Assembly: GCA_963799155.1 (NCBI GenBank) | Contig: CAWCWB010000017.1 | Location: 980-64,979 of the forward strand | DNA from: an uncultured Acidobacteriaceae bacterium | GTDB taxonomy: Bacteria; Acidobacteriota; Terriglobia; Terriglobales; Acidobacteriaceae | Direction of reading: 5' to 3' | Length of the DNA: 64,000 nt | Shown: piece after piece, positions 1 to 9,925 of the stretch | Layout of the letters: each line of letters starts with the position of its first letter | Numbering within the stretch: the stretch's first letter is position 1 | Made by a program: the position numbers and the translations under genes | Notes under the pieces: generated by a model | The model's database searches: none | Told to the model about the DNA's origin: nothing | Seen by the model: the letters and a program-made list of their open reading frames with translations, nothing else

Positions 1-2221
1 GGCAAAGGGATTTCTCAGAGGACAGATCGATGCCTGAACTGAGCAGCAGAAATCGGCTTGGCCGGGAGTGCCAGAAATGGCCGCGCTCGCGTATTAGGTA
101 CACCACGCCTTGTCCGCTGAAGACCAGCATGACGAAGACGAGTGTCTGTAGTTGAGCAAGCGGGAAGCGCAGGAAATCTCGCGCCGTAAAGAACACGGTA
201 AAGGAGAAGAGCAGAATAAGCGCCGCGAGAGAACCAGCGGTCAGCATAAGCGTGCGTATGTCCCATCTGTCAGGTTTGGGCGAGGGCGATACGTTGTCGG
301 TAGCGATGGACATGGTCACAAAATCATTGGTGAATAGCAAGAGGACCATCAACAGCGGAGTAATCACCAAGCTGCGCGTTACGATTATGCCAACACTAAC
401 GAAAAGACCGATCTCGATTGTCTTTATGATCTTGTTGAGCGTATAGGTCAGCATGCGCTGGTAGATCTGGCGGCTTGTATTCACGGCGGCGACAATATCC
501 TCAAGACCGGGGTTAGTTAGCACCAGGCTCGCAGCGGCCTTCGCCACATCCGTCGCGTTCGCGACCGCGATACCGGTTTCGGCCTGTTTCAGTGCAGGCG
601 CATCATTCACGCCATCGCCCGTCATGCCGCACACATGGCCGTGCGCCTGGGCCGTACGCACCAGCGCCAATTTGTCCTCCGGATAGACCCCGGCAAAGAT
701 GTCGCATCCGTTCAACCCGTCGCAGCCGGACTTCGCCATAGCCGCAACATGGCAGACACGAGGACCGATACCGACCTGCGCCGCTACCGAAGCCGCAGTC
801 GCTGGGGCATCGCCCGTGACGATTACCACCCGAACGCCAAGGTTCGTGAGTCGGCCGACGAGATCCTTCGAGTCGGCTCGTGGAGGGTCCGCCAGAGCGA
901 TGAAACCCACCAGGTTGAGCTTCTGGCCTTTCGTCCCAGACGCCACTGCAATGACCCGATTTCCCTTCCCGGCGAGTCGTTCCTCGTCTGCCTGCCACTG
1001 CGGCAAAGGCGTCGTCTCCGCGACCACCGACGCCGGAAATCCCTTGACGATATGTAATTCCTGGCCGCCCTCGGCCGCGAAGGCCTCGCTTACTTTAGTG
1101 GCAGGATCGAATGGTACGAATTGCGTTCGGGTGATTGGGGAGAGCGCCACGCCACCCGCTTGGCTCGCCTCTGGACTCGCATCGCTCGCGCCCAGGATCG
1201 CCTCATCAATCGGGTCCTCATTTCCGGCATCGCTTGCGAGCGAAGCGAGCCGAAGCAGCTCTGACCTGGAAAAGGGAGGAAAGACAAGCGTTTCGGTCAC
1301 TGTCAGGCGGTTTTCCGTGAGCGTGCCGGTCTTGTCGCTTAGCAGAAGATCCATCGCCGCCGCTTCCTCAATGGCGGAGAGCCGGGTTACCAAAACGCCT
1401 TCCTTGGCCAGTTCCATCGACCCAAGAGCAGTGGCGAGCGTAAATGTTGCGGGCAGCGCAACGGGCACCGAGGCGACCAGCAAAATCAGCGCCACTGGTA
1501 GCATTTCCCGCATCGGAAGGCCGAAAAAGGATGCGAAGATCAAAAGGCCCGCGACTAGAACCAGATCCAAAACCACCAAATACTTAACAATCTTGAAAAT
1601 GATGGCTTCAAGGTGACTGACTGTCTTCGTCGTGCTCACCAGTTCCGCGGTTTTGCCAAAGGAAGTATGCTGACCGGTCGCAGTGACCTTCGCGCTTGCT
1701 TCACCGCGCGTTACCGTTGCGCCGGCATAGGCTGTTTGCCCCGGACCTATGTCGACAGGCTGCGACTCTCCCGTGAGGGCTGACTGGTCAAGCGAGATAT
1801 GCCCCTCTGCGATGAGTGCGTCCGCCGGGACGATATCACCCATGCGCAGGTAGATCGCGTCTCCCAAGACGATCTCATTGGAGTCGATGAGTTGCCACTT
1901 TGCGTCGCGCATCACGCGGGTTCTCACCGGCAGCCGCTTGCGCAACAGCGCCAGCGCGTTCGCCGCCTTGCGTTCCTGTCCCTGGCTGATCAAAGCGTTG
2001 AAAAGGAGAAGCATCCCAATGACAAGCGCCTCGACTCGCTTGCCAAGAAACAGTTCGAGCACGATTGTGACTTCCAGCATCCAGGGCACGGGCGCCCAGA
2101 ACCTACTCAGCAGCGAAAGAAGGGGGTGCGAAGCAGGTTCCGGAAGCGCATTCGGGCCTGACTGCCGGAGCCTTACACGGGCTTCTTCCGTGGTCAAACC
2201 GCTCAAGAGCTCTTGTGGCAT
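1..2221 (-). CDS. Cation-translocating P-type ATPase (P3-like, H+/Mg2+ type); C-terminus continues past the left window edge
   Basis: Not in the ORF track because no stop is reached inside the window. Reverse-complement reading from the ATG at 2221 gives MPQELLSGLTTEEARVRLRQSGPNALPE. It continues through ALTGES, LLSDKTGTLTENRL (phospho-Asp motif) and GMTGDGVNDAPALKQAETGIAV (hinge motif, about 560-625), then hydrophobic C-terminal helices. Confidence 0.85.
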   Translation of the reverse strand, partial: MPQELLSGLTTEEARVRLRQSGPNALPEPASHPLLSLLSRFWAPVPWMLEVTIVLELFLGKRVEALVIGMLLLFNALISQGQERKAANALALLRKRLPVRTRVMRDAKWQLIDSNEIVLGDAIYLRMGDIVPADALIAEGHISLDQSALTGESQPVDIGPGQTAYAGATVTRGEASAKVTATGQHTSFGKTAELVSTTKTVSHLEAIIFKIVKYLVVLDLVLVAGLLIFASFFGLPMREMLPVALILLVASVPVALPATFTLATALGSMELAKEGVLVTRLSAIEEAAAMDLLLSDKTGTLTENRLTVTETLVFPPFSRSELLRLASLASDAGNEDPIDEAILGASDASPEASQAGGVALSPITRTQFVPFDPATKVSEAFAAEGGQELHIVKGFPASVVAETTPLPQWQADEERLAGKGNRVIAVASGTKGQKLNLVGFIALADPPRADSKDLVGRLTNLGVRVVIVTGDAPATAASVAAQVGIGPRVCHVAAMAKSGCDGLNGCDIFAGVYPEDKLALVRTAQAHGHVCGMTGDGVNDAPALKQAETGIAVANATDVAKAAASLVLTNPGLEDIVAAVNTSRQIYQRMLTYTLNKIIKTIEIGLFVSVGIIVTRSLVITPLLMVLLLFTNDFVTMSIATDNVSPSPKPDRWDIRTLMLTAGSLAALILLFSFTVFFTARDFLRFPLAQLQTLVFVMLVFSGQGVVYLIRERGHFWHSRPSRFLLLSSGIDLSSEKSLC

Positions 2222-2558
2222 TCGGCGAAACCTCCCGAGATGAACCAGCCCTGACTGGTTATCCTCATGTATCCCAGGTAATGGTAACGAGAACGCCCAT
2301 GTCGGCTGGATTGCTTTTGGAATCACGCTAAATCGCCGAAGCGCGAATCGAGCGCCCAGGAGGCAAAATCCGGTGTTCCGGCCGTATCGCCGCGCAATCG
2401 GAAGTTACCGGTTGATAGACATTCGCGCACGCCCTCGGCGCGAATGATGCCGCGCATTCTCTCGCGCAACCGGTGTCAGAATTGCTGTGTACGAGATGGC
2501 AGGATTCGCCGCAACCTGCAATCTGATTTGTCGGGAATCTAACGAATGATGCGTCAAC

Positions 2559-2614
2559 AAGCTGAGAGCTGAAAGCTGAGGGCTGAAAGCTAGCAGCTAG
2601 AGGCTAGAAGCTGC
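2559..2614. repeat. Tandem 7-nt repeat (AGCTGAG/AGCTGAA/GGCTGAA/AGCTAGC/GGCTAGA), about 8 units
   Basis: Read directly: aagctgagagctgaaagctgagggctgaaagctagcagctagaggctagaagctg. It overlaps the stop codon of the 2597-2875 CDS. Confidence 0.8.
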
Positions 2615-2875
2615 TTCTTTCTGCACCGGCTTTTTCTTGCTCGCGTCCACCTCGTCGCGGGCGTTCAGCTCGCTCTGGCGGTCCATCCACTCGTCGAGGC
2701 GCGACCGCTTGAATCTCCAGCGGTTGCCCAGCTTGAACGCGGGCACAAACCCCTCCGAGGCGTACTTGTAGAGTGTGTCGGGCGAGATGCCAAGATAGCC
2801 CGAGGCCTGGCGAATATCCATGACCTCGCGCACTTCAGGAACCAGCAGGTTCGAACGGGCTGCAGCGTTGCGCAT
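2597..2875 (-). CDS. Excisionase-family (HTH_17/MerR-like) helix-turn-helix DNA-binding protein
   Basis: ORF 2597-2965. The internal start MRNAAARSNLLVPEVREVMDIRQASGYLGISPDTLYKYASEGFVPAFKLGNRWRFKRSRLDEWM matches the usual pattern of excisionase-type HTH proteins. Start choice is uncertain. Confidence 0.6.
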   Translation of the reverse strand: MRNAAARSNLLVPEVREVMDIRQASGYLGISPDTLYKYASEGFVPAFKLGNRWRFKRSRLDEWMDRQSELNARDEVDASKKKPVQKEAASSL

Positions 2876-3140
2876 GATTGCCTCCCGAAAAAGCGGGATG
2901 AAGAACGGTATTCTTGCGGCAAATGTGCCGGTACTTCTGTATTTAACCCGACTTGATCGGTTCATTCAAGGATTTTCCGTAAGTTACAGGAATTCCAAGG
3001 GGTTTCACCCGACCACACTTAGCCAGCACCCCTGTGGAAAACCCCATCCCCTTGTGTCCCCGCCCCACCCCCAACGCAACCCATAGCGCCCTTGAAGCAC
3101 ATGGTCCGGCGCTCTTCCCTCCGTAACCTCATCCCAATCG

Positions 3141-3350
3141 TTCCCTGCCTTCTTGGTCCCTCGGTCCTGGGTCCCTGTTTTTCTGTTCCCTTGGTCCCTT
3201 GGTCCCTCGTTCCCTCGGTCCCTGTTTTTTTGTTCCCTTGGTCCCTTGTTCCCTCGGTCCCTGCATTTCTGTTCCCTTGGTCCCTTGGTCCCTTGTTCCC
3301 TGGGTCCCTGTTTTCAATTCCCTACTCCCTATTCCCTACTCCCTGCTTCT
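3141..3350. repeat. Array of 8-nt C-rich repeats (TTGGTCCC/TCGGTCCC/TTGTTCCC) with a nested period of about 57 bp
   Basis: Read directly. There are four higher-order blocks, each starting ggtccctg + T-rich spacer + gttccc. The array ends with ccctactccctattccctactccc (3320-3343). Confidence 0.85.
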
Positions 3351-3351
3351 C

Positions 3352-3693
3352 TCACATTTCCTTCCGCCACCACGCCGTCCTTTCGTCGCTCAGGAATTTG
3401 GTCTTCTCCCCACGCGATAAATGAAAGTCCAGCACATCGCCTTTGCGAAAGGTCGAGCAGTCCGGCCAGCTCAAGTCCTTTTCGAAATGCGTCTCCGCCT
3501 TGTGGCTGTCCACCAGCGTGATCTCCGTCGGTGTGCACTCCACCACTTGTTGTGCATAGAGCCAGAAGGTGTACCCGGAAGGCGGCTCGGGCGGCATCTG
3601 GTTGGCAATCTTGGTCAGCAGCAGGATGCAGACAAAGACCGCCGCCACAATGGCAATCATCTTTACGTCAAGCGAGCGCTTTGAAGTCTTCAT
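3352..3693 (-). CDS. Hypothetical small membrane-anchored protein
   Basis: ORF 3352-3735. The likely start MKTSKRSLDVKMIAIVAAVFVCILLLTKI gives one N-terminal TM helix. No recognisable family. Confidence 0.4.
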   Translation of the reverse strand: MKTSKRSLDVKMIAIVAAVFVCILLLTKIANQMPPEPPSGYTFWLYAQQVVECTPTEITLVDSHKAETHFEKDLSWPDCSTFRKGDVLDFHLSRGEKTKFLSDERTAWWRKEM

Positions 3694-3970
3694 GGCAAAC
3701 CAGCGCCTCGGGAATCGCCCGTCGCGCGGCCGCATGGCCTTATCTCGCGCAAATCGCGAGCAGCGGCCCCGCCGCGCGCATCCGTGAGGTCAAGTATAGC
3801 GAAGCTCAGCGCAACTGACAGCCTGCTCCGACCGCATTGACGCATCGACGCAAAAACGGCTTCCCTCTCAGGAAGCCGTTTCCACTTGTCACGATTATCG
3901 AAGCGTGAGCCCACGCAGCCAGACGATATCCCCTCGCCGTGTCCTACTCCCTACTGGCTACTCCCTGTTT

Positions 3971-5455
3971 TCAGTTCTGGTCATCGCGGCGGTGCAGCGT
4001 CGGCGGCCCGTCGCCGGAGTTCGAGGGATTGCTGCCGTCCTGGGCGGTCGAGTCACCCGGGTTGCCGTTGTCGTCCCCTCCGGTGCTCGCTCTGCGCAGT
4101 GACGGTCTCGCGGCTCCCTTCGTGTCGGTCAGCCGGCGCTTGTTCTCGATGCGCGCCAGCCGCGCCTTCACGTCGCTGAATTCCGAAGTGGTGACCAGAT
4201 AATCGGATTTCGCCGGCAGGATCCGGGCAATCTCCTCCTGCGTGTGCAGAATGCGGTCCGGCGTTTGCGGATGGTCGCTGAACGCCTTGGCCACCAGTCC
4301 CGGCTTCCGCTTCTCCAGCGCCTGCACCTTCTCAAAAAAGGTGATGAATGCCTGCGGATCGTAGCCCGACCGGTACATATATTGCACGCCCAGGTAGTCG
4401 GCCTGCGCCTCAAACTCGCGCGAGAACTCCAGGAACGTGATCGGAATCGCCAGTTGCGCCGCCTCGTAGATGCCGATGCCGGTCAAAGTGTAAGGGTCTG
4501 TAAAGATCATCAGCGGCACCATGCCGATCTGTGCGTAGTTCAGCCGCGTCATCTCGCGGGCCGCGTGGTGCGCGCAAACGTGCGCCGTCTCGTGCGCCAT
4601 CACGCCCGCCAGCTCAGCCTCTTCGTCCGCCGCCAGAATCAGTCCGGAGTTGACGTAGAAGAACCCGCCCGGCAGCGCCATCGCATTGATCTCGTCCGAA
4701 TCGATCACCTTGATCGTGAACGGCACTTTGCAGTCGGAGTTCTTCACGATGTTCTGCCCGATGCGATTGATGTACTCGTCGACCACGGGATCGGTGATAA
4801 ACTTCGTGCTCTTCTCGATCTCGTCGGCGTACTCCTTGCCCATCTTGATTTCGCCGTCGGTCGAGTACCAGTTGCCCAACCCGCGCTTGCCAATATCGCG
4901 ATTCCCTACCGCATTCACGTCCTCGATGCTGCCCGGCTTCACCTTGATCATGTCGCTGCCGGGATCGACCACCTTGTTGACATCCACCGTCTGTGACGGC
5001 CCGGAGCAATCGCCGCCCACCGGCGTCGTGCCCGGCTCCGGATCCTCGTCCGCGTCTTTACCCTTATTTTTGCCCTTCTTGTCTTCCTTCTTCGTCTCGC
5101 AGGGAACCGTCTGCACGTTACTCGCCGTGGTTGCCGTTCCCGAATCCGGCCGCGATGACGGCAGTGGTGAATCTCCGCCCACTGTCGTGGTGCCGGGAGG
5201 CGGCTCCGCTGGCCCCGATGTCGTTGGGCTCGCCGCCGGACCAGTTTGCGCGCCAGTGCCATCAGGTGCCGTACCCGGCGGAGCCTGCGCCGAAGGCGAG
5301 TTGGATGGCGAACTCCCCGGCCTCTGCGCGCCCGGCTGCGCCCACACCACAGCGGTCACTGCCAGCGCCAATCCTGCCAGAACCGCCGTCCTCAACCCCA
5401 TGCGATCCATTGCCCTCATGACCTCTCCTCTGCTGCAGTTGGCCTGCTGCCACAC
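3971..5455 (-). CDS. M48-family zinc metalloprotease with signal peptide and Pro/Gly/Thr-rich linker
   Basis: 494-aa ORF with HExxH in GVMAHETAHVCAHH. It has a signal-like N-terminus (MGLRTAVLAGLALAVTAVVWAQ) and a BepA/YfgC-like core. The start may be an internal Met near 5419. Confidence 0.8.
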   Translation of the reverse strand: MWQQANCSRGEVMRAMDRMGLRTAVLAGLALAVTAVVWAQPGAQRPGSSPSNSPSAQAPPGTAPDGTGAQTGPAASPTTSGPAEPPPGTTTVGGDSPLPSSRPDSGTATTASNVQTVPCETKKEDKKGKNKGKDADEDPEPGTTPVGGDCSGPSQTVDVNKVVDPGSDMIKVKPGSIEDVNAVGNRDIGKRGLGNWYSTDGEIKMGKEYADEIEKSTKFITDPVVDEYINRIGQNIVKNSDCKVPFTIKVIDSDEINAMALPGGFFYVNSGLILAADEEAELAGVMAHETAHVCAHHAAREMTRLNYAQIGMVPLMIFTDPYTLTGIGIYEAAQLAIPITFLEFSREFEAQADYLGVQYMYRSGYDPQAFITFFEKVQALEKRKPGLVAKAFSDHPQTPDRILHTQEEIARILPAKSDYLVTTSEFSDVKARLARIENKRRLTDTKGAARPSLRRASTGGDDNGNPGDSTAQDGSNPSNSGDGPPTLHRRDDQN

Positions 5456-5616
5456 TGCCCCGCTTCGCTCTATCTCTTAGACGTCAGTATGGGCCAGTTG
5501 GGCAACAAAGGAAAGCCGGATTTCTCCCTGTACGCTCCAGATCGCCCGCCCCTTCCCGGCAATTCCTGCCCAAACACCCTCCCCATTGCCCGCCTTACCG
5601 CCTTCCCGCTGGGCTC

Positions 5617-7818
5617 TTGGAGCTTCGAACCTCCTGCGAGTACAGTGGTGAAGAAAACGCACAGGGAGGCGCTTTGCGGCTCAGAATTCCAGCGGCAGTT
5701 TGGCTTGCCGTCAGCGGGGTAGCTCTGCTCGCTGCCCAGGCCGCGCCTCCGTCCATCAACCCTCCGTCCGCGGCTGTGCCCAAACCGCGCAGCCACGCCA
5801 AGCCAACCAGTCCCTCAGCGCCGTCAGCCCTTCAGGCCATCTTCGATGCCACCAGCCTCGGCTCCCCCCTCCTCCTCGATAAAGACTGGCGGGTGGGCAT
5901 CACATCCGATCCCGCGGCGGCCTCGCCCGCTTTCGATGACTCCGCGTGGGCCATCCGCACCGCCCAGGCCGCTATGGATGAGGTCCCGGACGAGGATCAG
6001 CCGCAACCCGCTTCCGGCGCCAAGCCAGCCGCCGCAGCTCCCGGGCAGCCGGCCCAGAAAGCCCCTCCGCAGCGCTACGCCTGGTTCCGGATTCATATCA
6101 AGCTCGCTCCCAACCACGGGCCGGTCGCATTACTCATCGAGCTCCCTTTCTCGAAGAATACTTCCTTCGGCCCTGACGCTCTGGAGTCAACCCCTGACGT
6201 CTTCGCCAATGGCGCCGAGATCCAGCCCCAGGGGCCGCATGGCAATGCCCCCGGAGATTATCAGCCGATCTCTCGCATCTACAATCTCCATCTCGAACCC
6301 TCGGAAACCTCGCTCACGCTGGCCGTGCGCATCATCTACGTGCCCTTCGGCTATGGCGCTTACACCGGCTTCTTTTTGAACCACACTCTGCGCCTGGGCA
6401 ACCCTGACGATCTCGCGCGCGAACTCAATCTTTGGTCCGACCAGAACCTTTTCCTACGCCTGCCCCGCCTCATCTATTCCGTGCTCCTCGCCGTGCTGGC
6501 GATCTTTCTCTTCGCGCTTTACTTCGCGCAGAAGGGGCACATCGAGTACCTGTGGCTGGCCTTGCACGAGCTGGTTCAGGCGCCCATCGGCTTCATCGAG
6601 CAGGCCGGCAGTTCGGCACGAATCGACAGCCTTTGGTTCGCGGCCCTCACCGTGCAGCTCGTCCTCATCTCGGCCTACCTCTTCTTCGAGTTTCTCGTCG
6701 CCTTCCTCTCGCTGCCGCGGCGATGGTATATCCGGTGGCTCCGCTATACCGCGCCCGTTCTGGCCGGCGTGGGGCCTGCTCTTCTCTTTATCTTTCACGG
6801 CGGATCGGTTTCTATCCTGGCCAGCATCTTCCTGTCTGCCGTGTTATGGCTGCTGGTATGGGCGATCTTCGTCTTCACGACGCTCATCTCCGCGGCGCTG
6901 CGTCGAAACTTTGAGGCGGGCCTCTTTCTCGTTCCCCTCGTGTTCAACCTCGTGAGCGTTGTCGAGGCGGCTGTGACCTCTGCCCTGGGCGGCGAAAGCG
7001 GAACCCCCTACAGTTCCCCGTTCAGCTTCCAGGCCGGCCCCATTCCCATTCGTCTGTACAACTTCGGCGACTTCACCGGCATCCTGGTCATCGTGATCAT
7101 CGTCTTCTTCCGCTTCCTGCGCATTCAACGCGAGCAGGAACACGCCAGCAACGAGCTGGCCGCCGCGCGCGGCATTCAGGAGTTGCTGATTCCCCGGGAA
7201 AAACCGGCCACCCCCGGCTTCGAGATCGACTCCGTCTACAGCCCCGCTACGGAAGTCGGCGGCGATTTCTTCCACGTGCGAACCGTCGGCATCGAGGGCA
7301 TGGTCGTGGTCATCGGCGACGTGGCAGGCAAAGGCCTCAAGGCGGCGATGAACGTTTCCTTGCTGATGGGCGCCTTACGCCGTACTGAGGAGCGAAGCCC
7401 TGCCAGAATTCTCCAGGCGCTGAATGGCGTGCTGACCGGGGCCGACAGCTTTACCACCTGCCAGGCTGTCTGGTTCGGAGCCAATGGCGAGATGATCATC
7501 GCCAGCGCCGGCCATCTGCCACCGTATCTCAACACTCAGGAAATCACCTTGCCCGGCGGGCTTCCGCTGGGCGTGCTGGCCGAGATCGGTTATGAAGAAT
7601 CCCGCTTCTACCTCCATCCCGGCGACCGCGTTCTCCTGCTCTCCGACGGTGTCGTCGAGGCGCGTCTACCCTCCGGCGAGCTCTTCGGCTTCGATCGCGT
7701 CCGCAACCTCAGCCAGCAGTCGGCCCTCTACCTGGCCGATGCCGCCAAAGCCTTCGGCCAGCAGGACGACATCACCGTGCTCACCGTTCGCCGCCAGGCC
7801 CAGGTCCTCGCCGCGTAG
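5617..7818 (+). CDS. Membrane sensor phosphatase: 7TM-DISM-like N-terminal sensor fused to a SpoIIE/PP2C domain
   Basis: 733-aa ORF with an extracytoplasmic region followed by about 7 TM helices. The C-terminal domain has GGDFFHV, VVVIGDVAGKGLKAAMNVSLLMG and LLLSDGVVEA motifs typical of SpoIIE-type PP2C phosphatases. Confidence 0.8.
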   Translation: MELRTSCEYSGEENAQGGALRLRIPAAVWLAVSGVALLAAQAAPPSINPPSAAVPKPRSHAKPTSPSAPSALQAIFDATSLGSPLLLDKDWRVGITSDPAAASPAFDDSAWAIRTAQAAMDEVPDEDQPQPASGAKPAAAAPGQPAQKAPPQRYAWFRIHIKLAPNHGPVALLIELPFSKNTSFGPDALESTPDVFANGAEIQPQGPHGNAPGDYQPISRIYNLHLEPSETSLTLAVRIIYVPFGYGAYTGFFLNHTLRLGNPDDLARELNLWSDQNLFLRLPRLIYSVLLAVLAIFLFALYFAQKGHIEYLWLALHELVQAPIGFIEQAGSSARIDSLWFAALTVQLVLISAYLFFEFLVAFLSLPRRWYIRWLRYTAPVLAGVGPALLFIFHGGSVSILASIFLSAVLWLLVWAIFVFTTLISAALRRNFEAGLFLVPLVFNLVSVVEAAVTSALGGESGTPYSSPFSFQAGPIPIRLYNFGDFTGILVIVIIVFFRFLRIQREQEHASNELAAARGIQELLIPREKPATPGFEIDSVYSPATEVGGDFFHVRTVGIEGMVVVIGDVAGKGLKAAMNVSLLMGALRRTEERSPARILQALNGVLTGADSFTTCQAVWFGANGEMIIASAGHLPPYLNTQEITLPGGLPLGVLAEIGYEESRFYLHPGDRVLLLSDGVVEARLPSGELFGFDRVRNLSQQSALYLADAAKAFGQQDDITVLTVRRQAQVLAA

Positions 7819-7870
7819 ATTGCGGTTTATATGCTATCTTCAGCAACATTGAGTTCTTCAAAAAATAAGT

Positions 7871-8030
7871 TGTCATCCTGAGCGAGTTTTGGCGCGCTTT
7901 TTGCGCCAAAATGAGTCGAAGGATCTGCGGTTGCCTTTCCTGGAGCGTGTTTCATAAATCCGCTTTGTATCAGGGCACGACTTGCCGGGGTCCCCAACGA
8001 CAGGTCTTCGTCGTTGGGCTGGAAGACCCG
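7871..8030. repeat. Composite of dispersed hairpin-repeat modules (R1 GTCATCCTGAGCG..CGAAGGATCTGCGGTTGC; partial R2 TTGTATCAGGGCACGAC; R4 CCCAACGAC-loop-GTCGTTGGG)
   Basis: Modules recur elsewhere. R1 recurs at 34479-34561 and 41813-41875. R2 recurs at 22325, 23700, 33042, 38107, 41695, 47194 and 56573. R4 recurs at 14103-14130. Confidence 0.75.
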
Positions 8031-8087
8031 CACACCCAAATCGTTGCAACGCAGACCCCGCACTGCTGTGCTATCTTCTGCCGTATC

Positions 8088-9868
8088 GTGAGTCCCTTGA
8101 AGAACCCAGTCGACCAAGCCCCAGGCGCCAAGCCTTCCCACTCCACCTCGCTTGTCCTCGAGGCCGCCATCTTCTTCGCCCTCATCGCCGGCCTCATCGT
8201 CCTCTTCAAAACCAATCCCGCAGCCCTCCATTGGGCGCAAGGCTACAATCCCACCGGCCACTGGGTTCTCTCCACTCTCGTCGCCGCACTTCCCATCGTT
8301 GTCCTCCTCGGCGCCATGGCCATCCTGCGCCTCAAGGCGCACGTCGCGGCAATCGCCGGCCTCATCACCGCTCTCGTCGCCGCAACTCTCGTCTTTCACA
8401 TGCCCGCGCGCCTTGCCTTCACCGCCGCGGCCTACGGCGCAGGCTACGGCGTCTTTCCCATCTGCTGGATCATTCTTCCCGTCATCTTTCTCTACGACCT
8501 CACTGTCCAAACCGGCCGCTTCGTCACCCTCCAGCAGAGCCTCACCGGCATCACTGCCGATAGCCGCCTTCAGCTTCTCCTCATCGCCTTTGCTCTCGGC
8601 GCGTTCTTTGAGGGAACCTCCGGCTTCGGCACGCCCGTCGCGGTCTGCTCCGCCATCCTCATCAGTCTCGGCTTCCGGCCTCTTCAGGCCGCCGGGTTGT
8701 CTCTGCTCGCCAACACCGCCCCCGTCGCCTTTGGTGCCATGGGAATTCCCATCGTGGCCCTCCACGGCGTCACCGGCCTCGATCTGCTCTCGCTCACCCG
8801 CACCACCGCCGTCATTCTCGTTCCCTTCGATCTTCTTGTTCCCTTCTGGCTCATCTGGGCATTCGCGTGGCTTTCGCGCCATGCTCGAAGTCTGGCCAGC
8901 AATTCTCGCCGCAGGCGCCACCTTCGCGCTCGCGCAGTTCCTCATGGCCGCATATAGCGGCCCCTGGCTGGTCGCCATCGTCGCCGCCTCCGCCACCATC
9001 GTCGTCCTCGTCGTATTTCTCCGCTTCTGGCAGCCCCGGCGCACCCTCAACGTCCATCGCGAAGACATCACCGGCCAGGCTCGCCTCCATCACGGCCACA
9101 GCGCCTCCACCATCTTCAACGCATGGCTGCCTTGGCTGGTTCTAAGCCTCGTGGTTTTCATCTGGGGCCTTCCGAGCTTTTCCGCCTGGATGGACGCACA
9201 CTCCACCATCAAGATATCTGTCGCCGGCCTCCACAACGCCATTCAGCGTGTCCCGCCGGTCGTCGCAGCGCCCACAGCCGAAGCCGCGGTCTTCAACCTC
9301 AACTGGCTCGCCGCAACAGGCACCGGCATTCTGCTCGCCGCGCTCGTCGCCGGTTTGCTCATGGGCCTCGGCCCTCGCTCGCTCGCCACGGCCTTCGCGC
9401 GCACTGTCTTCAACATCCGTTTCACCATCGTCACCATCGCCGCCATGGTGGCCCTTGGCTACGTCACGCGCTACTGCGGTCTCGACGCCACCCTCGGCCT
9501 CGCCTTCGCCCGCACCGGCTCGCTTCTATCCCTTCTTCGGAACCCTCATCGGCTGGCTCGGCACCGCCTCGACCGGCTCCGACACCTCGGCCAACGTGCT
9601 CTTCGGCAGCCTGCAGCGCATGACCGCCCGTCAGATCGGCGTCTCGCCCGTGCTCATGGCCTCGGCCAACGCCGCCGGCGGAGTCATGGGCAAAATGATC
9701 GCCGCCCCCAGCGTCGTCGTCGCCAGCACCGCAACGCAGACCTACGGCCAGGAGGGCTCGATCCTGCGCTTCGTCTTCCTGCACTCGCTCGCTCTCGCTG
9801 CCCTCGCCGGAATCGTCGTCACCCTACTGGCTTATGTGCCTTTCCTCGCCGGCCTTGTCGCCCGCTAA
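8088..9868 (+). pseudogene. lctP: L-lactate permease (LctP/LldP family) interrupted by two frameshifts (real or assembly artefact)
   Basis: Three consecutive frames carry the protein. Frame 0 reads ..WAQGYNPTGHWVLSTLVAALPIVVLLG..PFWLIWAFA to about 8868. Frame 1 reads [25 protein letters not shown] to about 9522. Frame 2 reads [31 protein letters not shown].. to the stop at 9868. The start codon is uncertain (GTG 8088 proposed). Confidence 0.8.
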
Positions 9869-9925
9869 CTCCGCTAACCCCGCTGCCTTATCTCCCATTC
9901 GCACGATTTCCAAAAACGTACTATC

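Noticed and set aside
699-1616. Plus-strand ORF 699-1616 (305 aa) and neighbouring small ORFs
   Set aside because: They lie antisense or out of frame to the P-type ATPase, whose DKTGT and GDGVNDAPAL motifs read clearly on the minus strand. The product is Ser/Ala/Thr-rich low-complexity sequence.
3092-3521. ORFs 3092-3424, 3153-3521 and 3199-3420 encoding LVPWSLVPSVP-type peptides
   Set aside because: These are pure translations of the 8-nt tandem repeat array in three frames, with no start context.
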